From Antechinus flavipes (Eukaryota), in assembly GCF_016432865.1 (NCBI RefSeq), contig NC_067398.1, positions 652,860,001 through 652,924,000 of the forward strand: a DNA stretch of 64,000 bases. Reading direction: 5' to 3'. The notes beneath the pieces are model-generated. The model searched no databases. It saw only the letters and a list, made by a program, of their open reading frames with translations, and was not told the DNA's origin. Below, in pieces: positions 37,501 through 50,698 of this stretch; positions within the stretch are counted from its first letter, which is position 1; each line of letters opens with the position of its first letter. The position numbers and the translations under genes are program-made.

Positions 37501-39838
37501 CCCAAAATTTGGCCACAGTATGTGAGAAAAGTCATAAGAATTACAATACTGTTACCTGGGGGCAAACCTTGTTTCAGCTTTTGGCTTCCAGTTTCCTGCT
37601 CTCTGAAACGGGACCAAAGTCCTAATTTAGAGAATTTTTTAAAAAGTTAATTCAAACTGGAAAGCCTTGGAACAAGAGTAGAGAAAGCAGAACAGTCCTA
37701 CCAACTATAACACTTATTACTCACCCCTTCTCTCCATATATTTTTGAGGGGTGGGGATGATTTTCTATAGGATTCCTCAATAATTCACATCTTCAAAACA
37801 ATTTAGTGTCTAAGTCCATGATTGCTACTCAAACCTTACAACTCCCCACCTTACATCCCATTTTAAATGTAAAAGTAGTCTTCCAAGTTTATTATTCCAG
37901 TGTAAGGAAGAGGCTAATCAACAAGCCACCTTCTGTCCCTCTCCAAACTTCACTCCAAGACAGTGAACTGCTCAAATTCCTATTTCTCCCAGTTTTGTTT
38001 CTTGTCTTTCAGGTAGACAGAAACACAGGAAGGAGTATAGGAATTCTATTTTCAAATTCATTATGACTTCACTCCTAATATCCATTGACATCTCCCTCTG
38101 GCCCCATCTTCAGATTCTGAAGGGCCCTCCCCAGGGAGGAATAGCTACTCCATCTTCTGCCAGGCACCTCTATCCTTTGAGGGGATTCTTCAGTTAAGAC
38201 TAAGGAGCTCCCTATACAGACATGTTGGACTTTTCTGTCACCCTCTTACTCTGTAGGATTAAAGTGATCAAATTGCTAGCAATAGATTTTACAATCTCTT
38301 GTCCCTCCCTGTCCTACCCCCTTCTCCATCAGTCAACAAGTCAGGGAAGTCAGTTTGCTACCTATTATAAAGTTAAGGTAATTTCAGGATCTCTTCCAGT
38401 TCTGACGACAATGACAATCTACTTATACATGTTATATTTTTATACAGAAAGTAAACTCCTTGAGAGCAGGGTCTCACTTGGATTTGAATCACTATCATTT
38501 TCTTCTATTTCTAGTGCTGGCACGTAATATACATTTAATAAATGATTGTTGGTAGACAGATCAAAGAACTCTTTCAGAGATTCTAACCTAACTGGTAGCT
38601 CAGGAAAAAACTCCCTCTGGCCCCCAAAACAGATCCAGCCTACCTCACTTACTTAAAACAAAGCTCAGGATACTGAGAATACCAGTCTAGGGTCAAAGAA
38701 ACAAAAACTCAATTGGTGAATAATCCAGGGTTTGGGAGGCATGAAGCATTTGTGTATAAAGAGCTGAGCCAAAGATCTAGTCATTTTGAAAGAATGTGTC
38801 CCAAAGCCTTGGTTACAATATTACACAACTAAGCACTGGAAATATAAAGACAGACCCATTCAACAAGAAGCACATATTCGAATGCAGAAAGGTACTTTGA
38901 TAAGGAAAGTTACAGAGATAATAAAAGGGAACATAGAGAAATAGGTAGACACTCCTAAAAACTACAGCAGGGGTAATTTTATGGTTTCAGAAGGGAAATA
39001 CCTGGGGTAGGTATCCTAGAAAAGATGGTCACAAGAGAGGGAGAGGGAAAGAGTTGTATAGTGAAACAAGGTTATCTCCTGCCTAAAATTATAAGCCAGG
39101 TGAGGCAACTATTTATCATGGCAGCAAGCCCAAGGATAAACATTTCAGAAATGAAAGGGTAAAAGTTTTTAGGGCATTGTTTTCCAATTCAAATGGCTAA
39201 GGAATAGAGGGTGAAGTAGAGCATGTACCCTCCCCCCCCCCCCCCAGACCCTAAGAAGAATTCTGGAACTTTTTGCCCATGTTCATGGTTGAGCTGCTTT
39301 GCTCAAGGCCAAACCAAGGAGTGAGAATAGGATGGCCAAGAAGGGCACAGCAACTAACCCCAATCAGGAAACTAGAAAAGATCCTAAATATCAGCTCTAC
39401 TGCAACACTTTCATTCCACCCTAGGTTGGAAATCTTGAATGCTATTATCAAAAATTCAGATTCATTCTTGGGCAATGCTTGACCATAAATGCCTGCTGCC
39501 CTCTATACCAAGGATACCTGCTTGGCAGAAAGGACGAGAGTAGAAGTAAAGAGGAAGGATAGGGGGATATTCTGAGAAGCTTCACAAGCCTCAACCCTTT
39601 ATGAACCCCGTAAGTATATATGTTTGAAGATCCTGGAACTCAAAATTTCTGTTTTTAGAGGATTTAGAACTAGAAGGGACTTAAGTCATTTTTTCAAATC
39701 TTACAGATTAAGTAAATTTGGTGCAGAGAAGGGGAAACAGCTTTTCCAAACTCACCTAGCAAAAGAGTCCCTTGATTCCACTACCTCAAGAGTCTGAGTA
39801 GACTCTGAATACTTCTGATGTAAAGATGTGAGGGGCTA

Positions 39839-41095
39839 CTAGGCTAGGCTTTCCAATCCCTCACCTTCCAGGGGATGTGGTTCTACAGTGAGCACACAGT
39901 GGGTCAGGCCTTCCTTAAGGACTGCCTCCTCCTTTGACTCCAATCGCAAGCCCTGAAGGCTGAGGGTTTTGAGATTAGGCATTGAGACACAGAAAGTGAG
40001 GATGTCCTTGACTGAGAGGTCCTCTAGGGTACAAGGTGGTCCCATGAGGCCCAGGAGCTCTAAGGTCTTTATGCCCTTTATATGACCCAGCCCTTGGGCT
40101 GTGAGCCCAGTCACAGTCACCCTCAGCTCCTTAAGTCTGGGCATGTTTTTTCCTACAATCTGCAGGGTCAAATCAGAAGGCACAGAGCACCCACACAGCT
40201 CAAGACGCTGGAGGTGGCTAAGGCCAGGCAAACCATTAAGAAACCCCTGGTAGGTCACCCTGTAGGTGACCCTCAGCACTAGGGAGCACAGCGTCCCGAA
40301 GTGGGACAGGGACAGCAGCTGCGCGTCCGAGAAGGCTGGGACCCGGTCCAGCACCAAGTGCTCGAGGTGGGGCACACTGCTGGGGTCATCCCCTGAGGAA
40401 AACCAGGTCTGGGGGAGCTCACACCACTGCAGATCCAGGTAGCGAAGAGTCGTCGGCAGGCAGGAGAAGGGGATTTTTCGGAGATCCTCTTCTATGAGGC
40501 TGAGGTACGCCAGGTTCGAACAGCGCTTCCCCAGCGCCTGCAGCAGGGCGGGGGTCAGCAGCGCGCCCCGAGGCCCGGAAAGCAGGCGGCCTCGCATCTT
40601 GAACGACTTCACCCCGGGGCCGAAGTACTGCCGCATCAGCTGCCACAGCACGTTGGGCTCGACCTGGGGGGGAAGGGGGGGGATGGCCGAGCCCGGTCCC
40701 AACCATCCCCAACAAAAGCCCCGCTTCCCACCAGCCCCAGGCCTGCGAGGGTCCCCTTCCCAGGGATGGAAGAACCCCAACACCAGGTCTTACCACGTAA
40801 GGACTCAGATCCACGCATTTCCAGAGAGTCTTGTCCAGAACCAGCCTCTGCCAGCGCTTACACACCCTAGGGAGAAGCGTAGGCCGAGGAAGTCAGGGCC
40901 AGCCCCGCCGGACATCCCCCCCCTCCCCAGTCCCAGCTCCCCGCCCGGAGAACTCAAAAGAGAAAAGAGGAGGCATCGCTGGGGGAGTCGGGGCCGGGCA
41001 TAGCGGTACCTAGAGCTCCGGATTCGGTCCCGGAGAGGCACAAACGACAGAATTTCCACAAGAAGACAGTCCGGCAGCTCCGAAGCCGTCGCCAT
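39839..41095 (-). CDS. FBXL12: F-box and leucine-rich repeat protein 12, 327 aa; exons 41010-41095, 40794-40866, 39839-40663
   Basis: F-box MATASELPDCLLVEILSFVPLRDRIRSSRVCKRWQRLVLDKTLWKCVDL, then LRRs (LGKRCSNL, LPTTLRYLDL, LVLDRVPAFSD, TYRVT); 984 nt in frame; head-to-head with UBL5 as recalled for human. Confidence 0.92.
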
Positions 41096-41200
41096 CGCAA
41101 CCCAAGTCCAACTTCCGCTTCCGCTTTCCAGTGGCCGTAAAGTGTGGGCGGTGTTGTCGTGCGAAGTGAGGAAGGGGCTGTGTCGTCTGGAGGCGAAAGG
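41096..41200. promoter_or_regulatory. Bidirectional promoter FBXL12 / UBL5-A
   Basis: Tandem CTTCCG (ETS/GABP-like) at about 41111-41125; probable non-coding UBL5 exon 1 with donor AAGG|GTGAGA near 41200. Confidence 0.65.
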
Positions 41201-41476
41201 GTGAGAATCTGCCTGATTAAGGGCCAGGGCGTTCAAAAATCACAGCCAGGGGCAAAGGCTGAGTGGGGAGGCGGAGGGGTAGTGACTCACAGCCGAGGAC
41301 CCAGGAGGTCGGCGAAATCCGGGGTGAGCACCTGGGACGGGGGCCGAGTGAGGTTACCGGGGTGTTTGAGGCCTCAAGCAGCAGCAGGACGGGGGTGAGA
41401 ATCGTCAACGAATGGGGTGAAGAGAAGGAAGGGACCCGTCCTGTGACTGATCAGATCCTTTGTCATCCCCAGAGCC

Positions 41477-42159
41477 ATGATCGAGGTTGTGTGTAACGAC
41501 CGACTGGGCAAGAAGGTCCGTGTGAAGTGCAAGTATCCTATTGGTGGGAAGATCGGGGCGGGGGAGAAGGGGTGGGGGGAAGAGGGTGGCGAGGGGGCGT
41601 TGGCGTCTCTGGTCGGCTTTCTCCTGCTTCCCCTTAACGGATGCCCAGCACAGATGACACGATAGGAGACCTGAAGAAACTGATTGCGGCGCAGACAGGC
41701 ACCCGCTGGAACAAGATCGTCCTGAAGAAATGGTGAGTGTGGGCAGTCTCGGGGTCAGGTCTGGGGGGTCTGAATTCGGGACCCAGATGGAGGTGCGATG
41801 GCCCTGACGTTGCTAATCTTCTTTCCATCCCAGGTACACAATCTTCAAGGACCACGTTTCCCTGGGTGACTGTATCCTTTATGCGATATCTCCCAAGAAA
41901 CTTAGGGAACTTGGGGATTATCAGGGAACGTTTTTTCCTATTTAGGGATAGAGAGGGAACCTTTTTTTTCTTTGCCTTTCCCCCCACCCCCATCAGCTGA
42001 GGACCAGAAAAGACTTAACCCTTTGGGAGTATTATAGCTTCCACTTTAGGCAGTGGGGGAGAAGTCTAGGAGGTTAAGAAGACAACTGTTCAGATTCCAT
42101 GACTCATACTGTCAGATGAGATCCACGATGGAATGAACTTGGAGCTTTATTATCAGTAG
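41477..42159 (+). CDS. UBL5: Ubiquitin-like protein 5 (Hub1), copy A, 73 aa; exons 41477-41532, 41649-41732, 41834-41871, 42116-42159
   Basis: Spliced product [73 protein letters not shown], identical to recalled human UBL5; AATAAA at 42217-42222. Confidence 0.96.
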
Positions 42160-42796
42160 GAGCAGCGGGCCTGCTAATTCTGCAAACTCCCCTCCCCCCA
42201 TTTTTAAAATCTCACTAATAAAAGTAATTTAAATGTTGATGCTGCTTCATTGTTTTTGTGCTGTGACTAGAAATGAGATACTTGTTAGAAACCAAGTTTT
42301 AATGAGGGACACCTGGTCAGGCAGTAGACAAAAAGAGGAACTACACAGTTGATTTATGATACCCTTAAAAGGTGAGGATAGAGGTAAGGAGAGGGGATAT
42401 TTTTAACTAAATCTAACTAATAATGCCATAAAAATGGAAAGAGAGATTTGTTCTAAATTGTCACTGGCTGCAATAGTTCAGGTAAGCACAACCTCTCCTA
42501 TTGACCCACACTTCCTTAAAATGTTAAATAGGATCAAAATTAATGGAAGGGAACCAGAGTGCCTGCTACGTAGAGTAGGGAGGGACACCAGCAGAACAAG
42601 GGTCCCAGCACTGACTTTTCAGGAGGAGAAGACATCAAGGTCAAAACAAAAGGGAAAAAATTCCCCCTCACCCCCTTCAGGAAAAACAAGAACAAGGTCC
42701 TGGCTTATTTCTTACCTCTTCAGCCACTGAAGACTGGATGGAAAGAGTGTGGTGGTAGGCAGAACAGTCTCTACCCTTGATTTCCAAACCAAGACA

Positions 42797-42900
42797 CTAA
42801 TATTCTTTTGGAAGGACGATGTGAATCCCTGAGTCTGTGAAAGCTAGGCCGCTTCCATCAGAGCAAAGAAAACCCCAACAAGTCAAAATGATTTGTGCAC
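42797..42900 (-). pseudogene. PIN1: Decayed duplicate of the PIN1 terminal exon (3' UTR homology extends to about 42290)
   Basis: Minus strand reads ...TTCACAGACTCAGGGATTCACATCGTCCTT ([10 protein letters not shown]), aligning to 52678-52787; the 5' half is scrambled and the acceptor pyrimidine tract is lost. Confidence 0.8.
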
Positions 42901-43229
42901 CTGATTTGGTAGATCAAGGAATATGGAAAACTGAGGTCATACAATGACTAGGAGAGAAGTCAGGTAAAGTCCTGAGCCAAAATACAAAGTTTAAGAGAAA
43001 GGAAAAATAGTATGGAATGAGGGAAGACTGAACTCTTAGAAGTACCCTGGCATTTTAGGCAGGGGAATGATGGGTAGTGTTGGCACTAAGTTGGCAACAA
43101 TGAGCATTAAATCTTGCTCAATGCTAGGGATGCAAAAGCAAAAAACAAACAAAAAAAAACCTTGCTTTTTGATGGAATAGGAAAAAAAAATAAGTTGCTA
43201 CACAAAAGATAGGAATACAGGATTCTGAG

Positions 43230-43960
43230 AAGTCAAGGCATTAATAATTGAAGCAACTGAAAGATGCGTCCTGTGGTAGGGAGGACTTCAGGCCTGGGAA
43301 ACACCTTATAAAAAGGAAAAGAGGAGATGGGCTGTAGTGCTGGAAGAACCACAAGTCAACCGGTGGTGTTAGAATGTACATGGAGCAGTTTGATGTATCC
43401 AAAGTCTGGGAAAATAGGAAGGTGCCTAACAATGGAACTTATAATTCATCCCTGGTGGTAACAGAATCACTGGACTTCACTAAGCAGGGCAGGTAAAATG
43501 GTCAGAGCCACAGTTTAGAAAAGATTAGAATGAAAAGAGATTGGAGTCAAATCATTTAAGAGGCTACTGAAATGGTTCAGGTGAGAGGTCATCGGGGCTT
43601 GGACTAGGGTGGCAATTGTGTGAGTGAAAGAAAGGGAACTGTGAGATTGTTATGAAGGTAAGAACAAGATTCATCAAGAGTGGATATGTGAGAATCTAGG
43701 ATGACATCCAGGTGAGGGAAAATGGTAGATACCTTTGACAGTAATAGAAATCAAAAAGGGTTGAGTTTGGGTTCCCTTTTAGATATGTTTGAGAAAGCTA
43801 CAATATGTGCAGGTTGAGATATTCAAAATTAGTGATTACAGCTATAAAAACTGATAAATCATCTGCATAAAGGTGATCAACACATGGAAGCTGCTGAGAT
43901 TATCTGGTGAGATAATCTAGAGGAAGAAAAGGGCCCCAGACAGATACTTGTAGGACCCCC
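43230..43960 (-). mobile_element. Degenerate L2 fragment
   Basis: L2-like blocks (ggactagggtggcaattgtg, gaatctaggatgacatccagg); approximate boundaries. Confidence 0.45.
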
Positions 43961-45779
43961 ACAATTAGCAGATATGAGAGATATTACTAGATCCAGCCAC
44001 TATTAACCACAACAACCAGAAACCAGTGAGAATACCTATCCATATTTGTTCCTCCCTCCATAAATGCCCCATCTATCTGCCAGAGTTTATGGGCCTTGTC
44101 ACAGCAGGCAGATGGGAATTCTGGCCTGGGTTGGCAGTGTCATTAAGGAACCTTTGTGGAAAGGGGACAGAAGAAGGAATGGCTCCAGGAACTAGCAAGG
44201 TCTTTTTGAAGGCATATCTTGGTAATGAACTCACCTCCCTGGACTCTTCAACACCTGCTGGGTCATTCATTATTCCCACTTCCTCTGATTTCCCACTGCC
44301 AAGATCAACAGGACATCTTTTCCCATAATTTCAAAGGCCCTATCTAGTTCTATCCCTAAACCTGGCCTAATACCACCACCGCCACCCAGCTGTCTTCCAT
44401 CCCAAGCCCAGTACTTTCTATTTACAAAGCAAGGGAAATAGTCGGGGCCAGTGATTCTCAAATTTTTTGGTAACAGTATACTTTTATACTTTTAAATTTA
44501 CTGAGGTCTTTCCCCCAGCCCCAAGAGCTTTTATTTATGTGGGTTGTATCTAGCATATTTACCACATAAGAAATGGAAACATCTTAGTATTATAAATTAG
44601 TCATTTAGTATTGGCCTCTCGAACTCCCTGAAAGGCCTACCTAGGAATGTGCCTTTAGATTCCTCTAAGTGAGAGGGATATGAAAGTCTCTGGTTCTATG
44701 TTTCTAAAAAAGACAAAGTTGTTCCTCCAAGACAAATGGATAGACCCCACCAAGGAAAGTGACTCGAGAAGCTCCTGACCTGATCTTGTGCCTTTTTTTC
44801 CGGTAGAGGACAGTCTAGCCCAAGGAACTGTGGACTCCTCACAGGCTCACCTATGGTATGGAAAAGAAACCTGGATCCCTGAGCTCTTTATGTCTTAGGA
44901 AACAGAAAATAAATAGATAAATACCTAGTGGCTATTAGGCACCAACTAGATAACCTGGCCTAAAAGGGGCAAAGAAATATGTAGGGTGGAGCAGGTGTGG
45001 AAAATTAAGCGCTAAATTAAGCCCTTCCTCTCCCAACCTAATTAAGATGTTTACATAGACTCTGACTATTCAGACAATTATCTTTTCCTCTTTGGAACTT
45101 TTTTTGGACTTTAGTTTTCTATCTGTGTGGACTGGAACAAAATTCTATGCCTGAGGTCTCTTTACTTTTTTTTTTAGACTTGTTTTTCATGGGAAAGCCT
45201 TGAGATAAGAGCAGAAGAAAGGACAATGGGATAATTATGGACTTATAAGCTCTCTGGATACTTGACTAGGGTATATCTGGTCCTCTTGGATGACCTTGCT
45301 CCTGTTCCCAAAGAGATACATTAAAAAGTGAAAGTAACTCTAAGAACAGTCCCAGTGTATCATCCTATGTCACTACCCCCAAATGCCACAGATCCAGAAG
45401 GCATTCAGACATTCAGATTGTTCTTTCTCCCAATCTCATCTCCTATCTGTCTTTCAGGCATCCATTAACCCTGAAAGGGATGGAGGGTTGTCTCTCAGCT
45501 TATAACTGCTGCTCCCATACATATCTACTCTTGACCCCTCCAACTTCAAGCTCTGGGGAGCCTGTTGAGTCCTATATTTGGGAGAATAAGCTATTTTATA
45601 TTTATCTTCCATCTTTTGAAGGGTATTTCTGGTATGAATAGAGGAGCCTCCTATTGCACTATATAGATACTCTTGAGGCCCTGCATAATAATCCACCACC
45701 TTCTATGCCTATCTTATATTTGATTAGCTATTGTTGCCTCTAAAAAGGGAGACATTTTTTCTTTGCATTCCAGTATCTA

Positions 45780-46420
45780 GCACAATATCTGACACATAAG
45801 TAATAATGATAGCTGATATTTACATAGCACTTTAAGGTTTACAAAATGCTTCATAATTATTGTATCATTAGACCCTCATAATAACACCAGGAGGTAAGTG
45901 CTATAATTAGTCCCATTTTACAGATGAGGAAGGTGAAGCAGGTAGAGGTGAACTGTCCAGGGTCACCCAATAAGTGTTGGAGGTAGCATATGAATTGAAA
46001 TTTTCCTGATTGCATTTGAATACAGGTTTTCCCAACTCTATTGCCAGCTTAGCTGCCTAATAGACAATAAAAACTTTTAAAACTGACTGCTTCATTGAGA
46101 TTGCCTCACTTAAAACATTTCCTACAATTACAACATAGTATTTTCACCTTTTTTATTGTTTGCTTGCTTTTTTTCCCTTGTTGATCTGATTTTTCTTATG
46201 CAGCATGATAATATGGATATATATATATGCATATGTATATATATATATATGTATATATATATATAAGAATTGCATATATTTAATATATATTGGATCACTT
46301 GCTGTCTAGGGAAGGGGGTGGGGAGAAGGGAGGAAAAAAAATTTGGAACACAAGGTTTTACAAGGATGAAGGTTGAAAACTATCTTTGTATATATTTTGA
46401 AAATAAAAAAACTATTATTT
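45780..46420. mobile_element. MIR fragment (about 45780-46070), then an L1 3' end containing a (TA)n microsatellite (about 46219-46265)
   Basis: MIR core (cccattttacagatgaggaag...gtccagggtcac) followed by the recurrent L1 3'-end motif. Confidence 0.6.
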
Positions 46421-47183
46421 AAAAATTGTTTCCCAAGGATTCTCCTTCTCTAGTTTGCCTATTCAACCAACAAGCAGTTATTGACTAGTAGGTATTTTAA
46501 AAAACCCATCAGATCCAACAATCCTAAGCTATTGACCTATATTTCTTTTTCCCTTCTTTGCTGCCTACACTAGTTATGTCCATTTTTGTAATTTACCCTT
46601 AAGGCTAATTACCCAAATGAAATTGTTTTCTCCAAAGTTATCAATACCAATGATCAAATCTGATGGTCTTTTCTCAGCCTATATCCTTTTTTACTGCATC
46701 TGACATTGCTGTCTATGCTTCCCTCCTGAGTTTCCATGATATTGCCCTTTCCTGGTTCTCTTTCTGTCTCCTCTGCTGATTTATCATGCCTAACTAAGAA
46801 TATTCCTTTAAAACCATCTTGGACTCTCTTATTGTTACATAAGACGATCCCAAATAATTATTAAGAGGAAAAAGGCAATACTTGATAGTTATTCTGTTCA
46901 ATCCTAAAAGTTTTCAAGTTTCAAAAAATTTACAATCAATGAAATTACAACATTTTTGGTTGACTCTTAGAGAAGTATAATCAATTCACCTATTTATGTA
47001 TATACACTTATGGTAAATTATAATTTATTTCCTGTTTTATTAAAAAGAGATGTAGGAAGGTTTACTCATTAGAGCCAATGAGTTTAATTATTTCTGTAGA
47101 TAAACTGAACATAAATAATCCAACTCCAGTCACTTCCCTGAGCTCCATATTACCAGCTACCTCTAGAACATTCTAAATTAGAT

Positions 47184-47186
47184 GTC

Positions 47187-47217
<31 letters not shown>

Positions 47218-47342
47218 AAGCTGAAGCAATTGAGGTTAAAGTGATTTTCCTAGCATCACACAGCTAGGAAGTGTTAAGTGTCTGAGGCCAAATTTGAACT
47301 CAGGTCTTCCTGACTTCAGGGCTGGTGCTCTATCTACTGGGC
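47184..47342 (-). mobile_element. WSINE1-like SINE
   Basis: Same family as 9053-9208, with a (TTTTC)n/T tail on the + strand. Confidence 0.75.
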
Positions 47343-48899
47343 ACTTACTTAGCAACCCCTTAAACTAAAAGTTGTAGAAGGTTAAAAGCAGATGTCATTA
47401 TCTTTTCCCAAAGTTCAACCCTTATCCAAACTTCCTATTTCTAAGGATATCACAGTTTTCATCTCTGAGATAAACTCAAGATTATTTGAGACTCCCCATT
47501 CTCCCTCAACTCATATATGTAATTGCCAAAACTTGCCATTTCTACATCTACCATATTTCTAGAATCTTATTTCCTCTCTTTCCAAATAGCTACTGCCTTA
47601 CTTCAGGATCACAGCCTCCCAAATCATCTCCCTGCTTCATCTCTCCCTACTCCAGTACATCTACCCCAGACTATCCAAAGTAATTTTCCTTGATCCCAAA
47701 TCTGATTAATAAATTCCAGTGCCTCCCTATTTACTCTAAATCAAATTATTTTGTGGTGCTTTTAAAGTCCTTCACAACCTGGCTTTAACCTATCTTTCAA
47801 GCCATCTTGTACATCACTTCTGCACTCTGAAGTCCAGTCAAACTGGTCTTCCCTGGTTCTTATTTGATCTTTCTTCTGTCTTTGCATTGCCTAATCATAA
47901 ACTTCCCCTCTATAGAATAATACTCAAGCACCATCTTCTACATGAAGTCTTTTTTGATTCCAGCAACTGCTATTGTCTTTCTTCCCTTTGAATTTACCAA
48001 CTTAATATTTTTATTTTTTTTCTATACACATTTGTTGTCTTCTTTTTTAGAATGTAATTTCCTTAAGATTAGGGATTGTTTCATTCGTTATTGAATTCTC
48101 AACCCACAGAATATTAATGGAGCTTTGAAATTTGCAATGCCTTTACATATATCATCATTATTCTCACATCTTACTCCCCATCCATGAATAATTAGTAGTT
48201 TCCTTGAAGTTCCTTGCACAGCCCACGCTCCATCTCTCAATTCCATGCAAATCCCCATAGTTAAAATTCTCTTCTCTTCATCTACAGCTCTTGGCTTCCT
48301 TGCCATACCAGCAAAAATCCCACTATCTGTAAGAAATATTTCTTATTTCCCTTAATGTTAGTAATTCCAGTAATTCTCTCTCAAGTGTTTTTATTTATCC
48401 TGTACATATTAGGTTTAGGTTTGTACACAGTTTTTTGCATGCTGTTTTCCTATCAGAATGTAATTCCTTTGAAGCAGAGACCTTTTTTTAACTTTGTAAC
48501 TTAACAAAATTTTTATTTGTATTTTATTAACAAAATAAAATTTTAATTACATGGTTGACTTAAATTTATTTAATAATTGTTAATTAATTTGCTATGGCAA
48601 ATCTGGACATTAAAGAAAGTAGAACAAATCAGCAGTTGAAAGTACACTGAAAATTTGCTCAACAAGTAGGTCAAATATCCAGAGAGAAGCCAAACCATAA
48701 CCCTAAATGTCCACTTGGAGCTAAAGGATGAAAAGGTAGGAGAATTTCAATGAGGTAAAGATTTAAGGCAGGCCTATTTCATCCTTTTTGCCCCAAGGTA
48801 CAAATATTAAAGAGCCCTAGAACCCAGTCAGATATCTGATCAAGAAAATGGGATTTACAGCTGGAAGGGACCTTCTTACTTTAAAGACAAACATCTCAA

Positions 48900-50010
48900 G
48901 TTTTGAGAAGGAAACTTGAGATCACAGAGTCATCCTGGAGTGATAGAACATGAGGGGAAAGCAGAAGTGGAAAAAATCCACCAATCACCACCTCAGAGAT
49001 CCTATGTAGAAAACACATAGGAATATTATTGCCAAAGTTTGAAACCTCCAGTTGAAAGAGAAAATTTTCAAGAAACAAGGAAAAAACAATTCAAATATGC
49101 TGGAGCTACAATTAGAATTATTGGTAGCAGCAGCTACAATAAAAGACCACAGGTCCTGGAATCATATCTACTGACAATCAAAAGAACTAGGCCTGTGGCC
49201 AAAAATATCATATCCAGCAAAATGATCTATAATTCTGAATGAGAAAAAATGGACATTCAACAAATTTGTAGATTTTCAGGATTTTCTATCAACCAAACCA
49301 GAACTTAACAGAAAATTTAATATATAAGAGCCAGTACAAAAGATCAATTTTAAGAAACTTAACATGGACAGACTGTTTAAATATGGACAAATTATTTGTT
49401 CTCCCTCACATCAGGAATGGGTTCAATAGGTAACATTGCATATATACCATGAAGAATATAGCACCCTCCAAAATCTATAAAGAAGTAAGGGGGGAGAGAT
49501 GGATGGATGGGGAAGCAAAGGGTGAGGGAAGAAAACAAGGGAGGGATCCTTAGGTGAGGGGTGGTTAAGTAATAGCAAGGCAAATTATGGAGCAGAACTT
49601 AATTATAGAAGTATCAAGAATAAGAAAAATGTTGTGTATGTGGGGTGGGTGTGGGTGTGAATGTATATATATCTACATATGTATACATAAATATATCTTC
49701 TTAAATGTAACTTGCTTGGGGTGGTTGGGGGATGAAAGGGGGAGAAAAAAAGAAAACATAAGATGAGCCACAGAGAACCAAAGAACAGTTTTCAAGAAAG
49801 TAAAGAAAAAATGGTCATTCATGAATATAATTTCTTCTATTAATATATATTATTTTCTTGATCGGGTAATTTGCTATATATTCTGAATCCTCCCTGATGT
49901 TCTGCTGGGTATAGGGAAATGTTCTCTTTTGTTTTACTTTGTTTTGTATTTCTTTTTTTCGTACTGTTTTTTCAAATTAAAAAAAAGATATAAATTTAAA
50001 ATAAATAAGA
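48900..50010 (+). mobile_element. Internally deleted L1 (ORF1 C-terminal remnant joined to 3' UTR / A-rich tail)
   Basis: Broken frames give KTHRNIIAK, ETRKKQFKYAGATIRII, KELGLWPKISYPAK and ILNEKKWTFN, typical of L1 ORF1p; then 3' UTR and an A-rich end. Confidence 0.75.
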
Positions 50011-50055
50011 ATTACAGAGTCAGGATTTGAGTCCTTGACCCCAGACTCCAAATCG

Positions 50056-50698
50056 AGAATCCACTACCTCAAGGGTCTGAGTGGGCCCTGAACACTTGGG
50101 GATGCTAGCTGGGGGGTGGGGGCGGGGGGGGGGATGCTAGCTGGGGGGTGGGAGCGGGGGGGGGGGGGGGGGGGGGGGGGGGGGCGGGCGCTCCCCCGAT
50201 CACACGGTAGTCCAGGCCCTTCCTAAGGATTGCCTCCTCCACGGACCCCAGGCCCACGCCTTTGAAGGCTGAGGACTCCGAGGTTAGGCATCAGGAGACA
50301 GAAAGGGGTTCCGTGGCTGAGAGCGCCTCGGGATGTCTCGCCTGGTCAGCCCCCGGGCACCGAGCTCCCTTAGTCTAGGTAGAACGCCACGCACGGCTTG
50401 CAGGGCCCCAAACGCAGGCACAGAGCACGCTGGAGGTGGCTGAGGCCAGGTACCCTGTAGACGACCCTCAGCCCCAGGGAGCACAGCGCCCCGTGCCGGG
50501 TCAGGGCCCGCAGCTGCAAGGCCGAGAAGGCCCGGACCCGGTATAGTATCAGGTGCTCGAGGTGGGCCAGAATGAAGGTACCATTTCCCCGGGGAAAACC
50601 AAGCGGGGTGGGGGGTGGGGGGTGGCTCTCACACTCCTATGACTCCATCTTTAGTAAGTCGCACTAAAGGCCTACCCAAACTCCGAAATCGTCGCCAT
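50056..50698 (-). pseudogene. FBXL12: FBXL12 duplicate pseudogene (unprocessed, heavily deleted)
   Basis: Keeps the ATG context (MATISEFG-stop at 50698). The rest of exon 1, exon 2 and the first third of exon 3 are missing. The remainder aligns to 39774-40410 with deletions and frameshifts (CSVP, LPRLREL, MPNLGVLSLQ). Confidence 0.88.
50100..50188 (+). repeat. G-rich tract: duplicated gatgctagctgggggg unit plus a long poly(G) run
   Basis: Read directly from the sequence. Confidence 0.85.
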
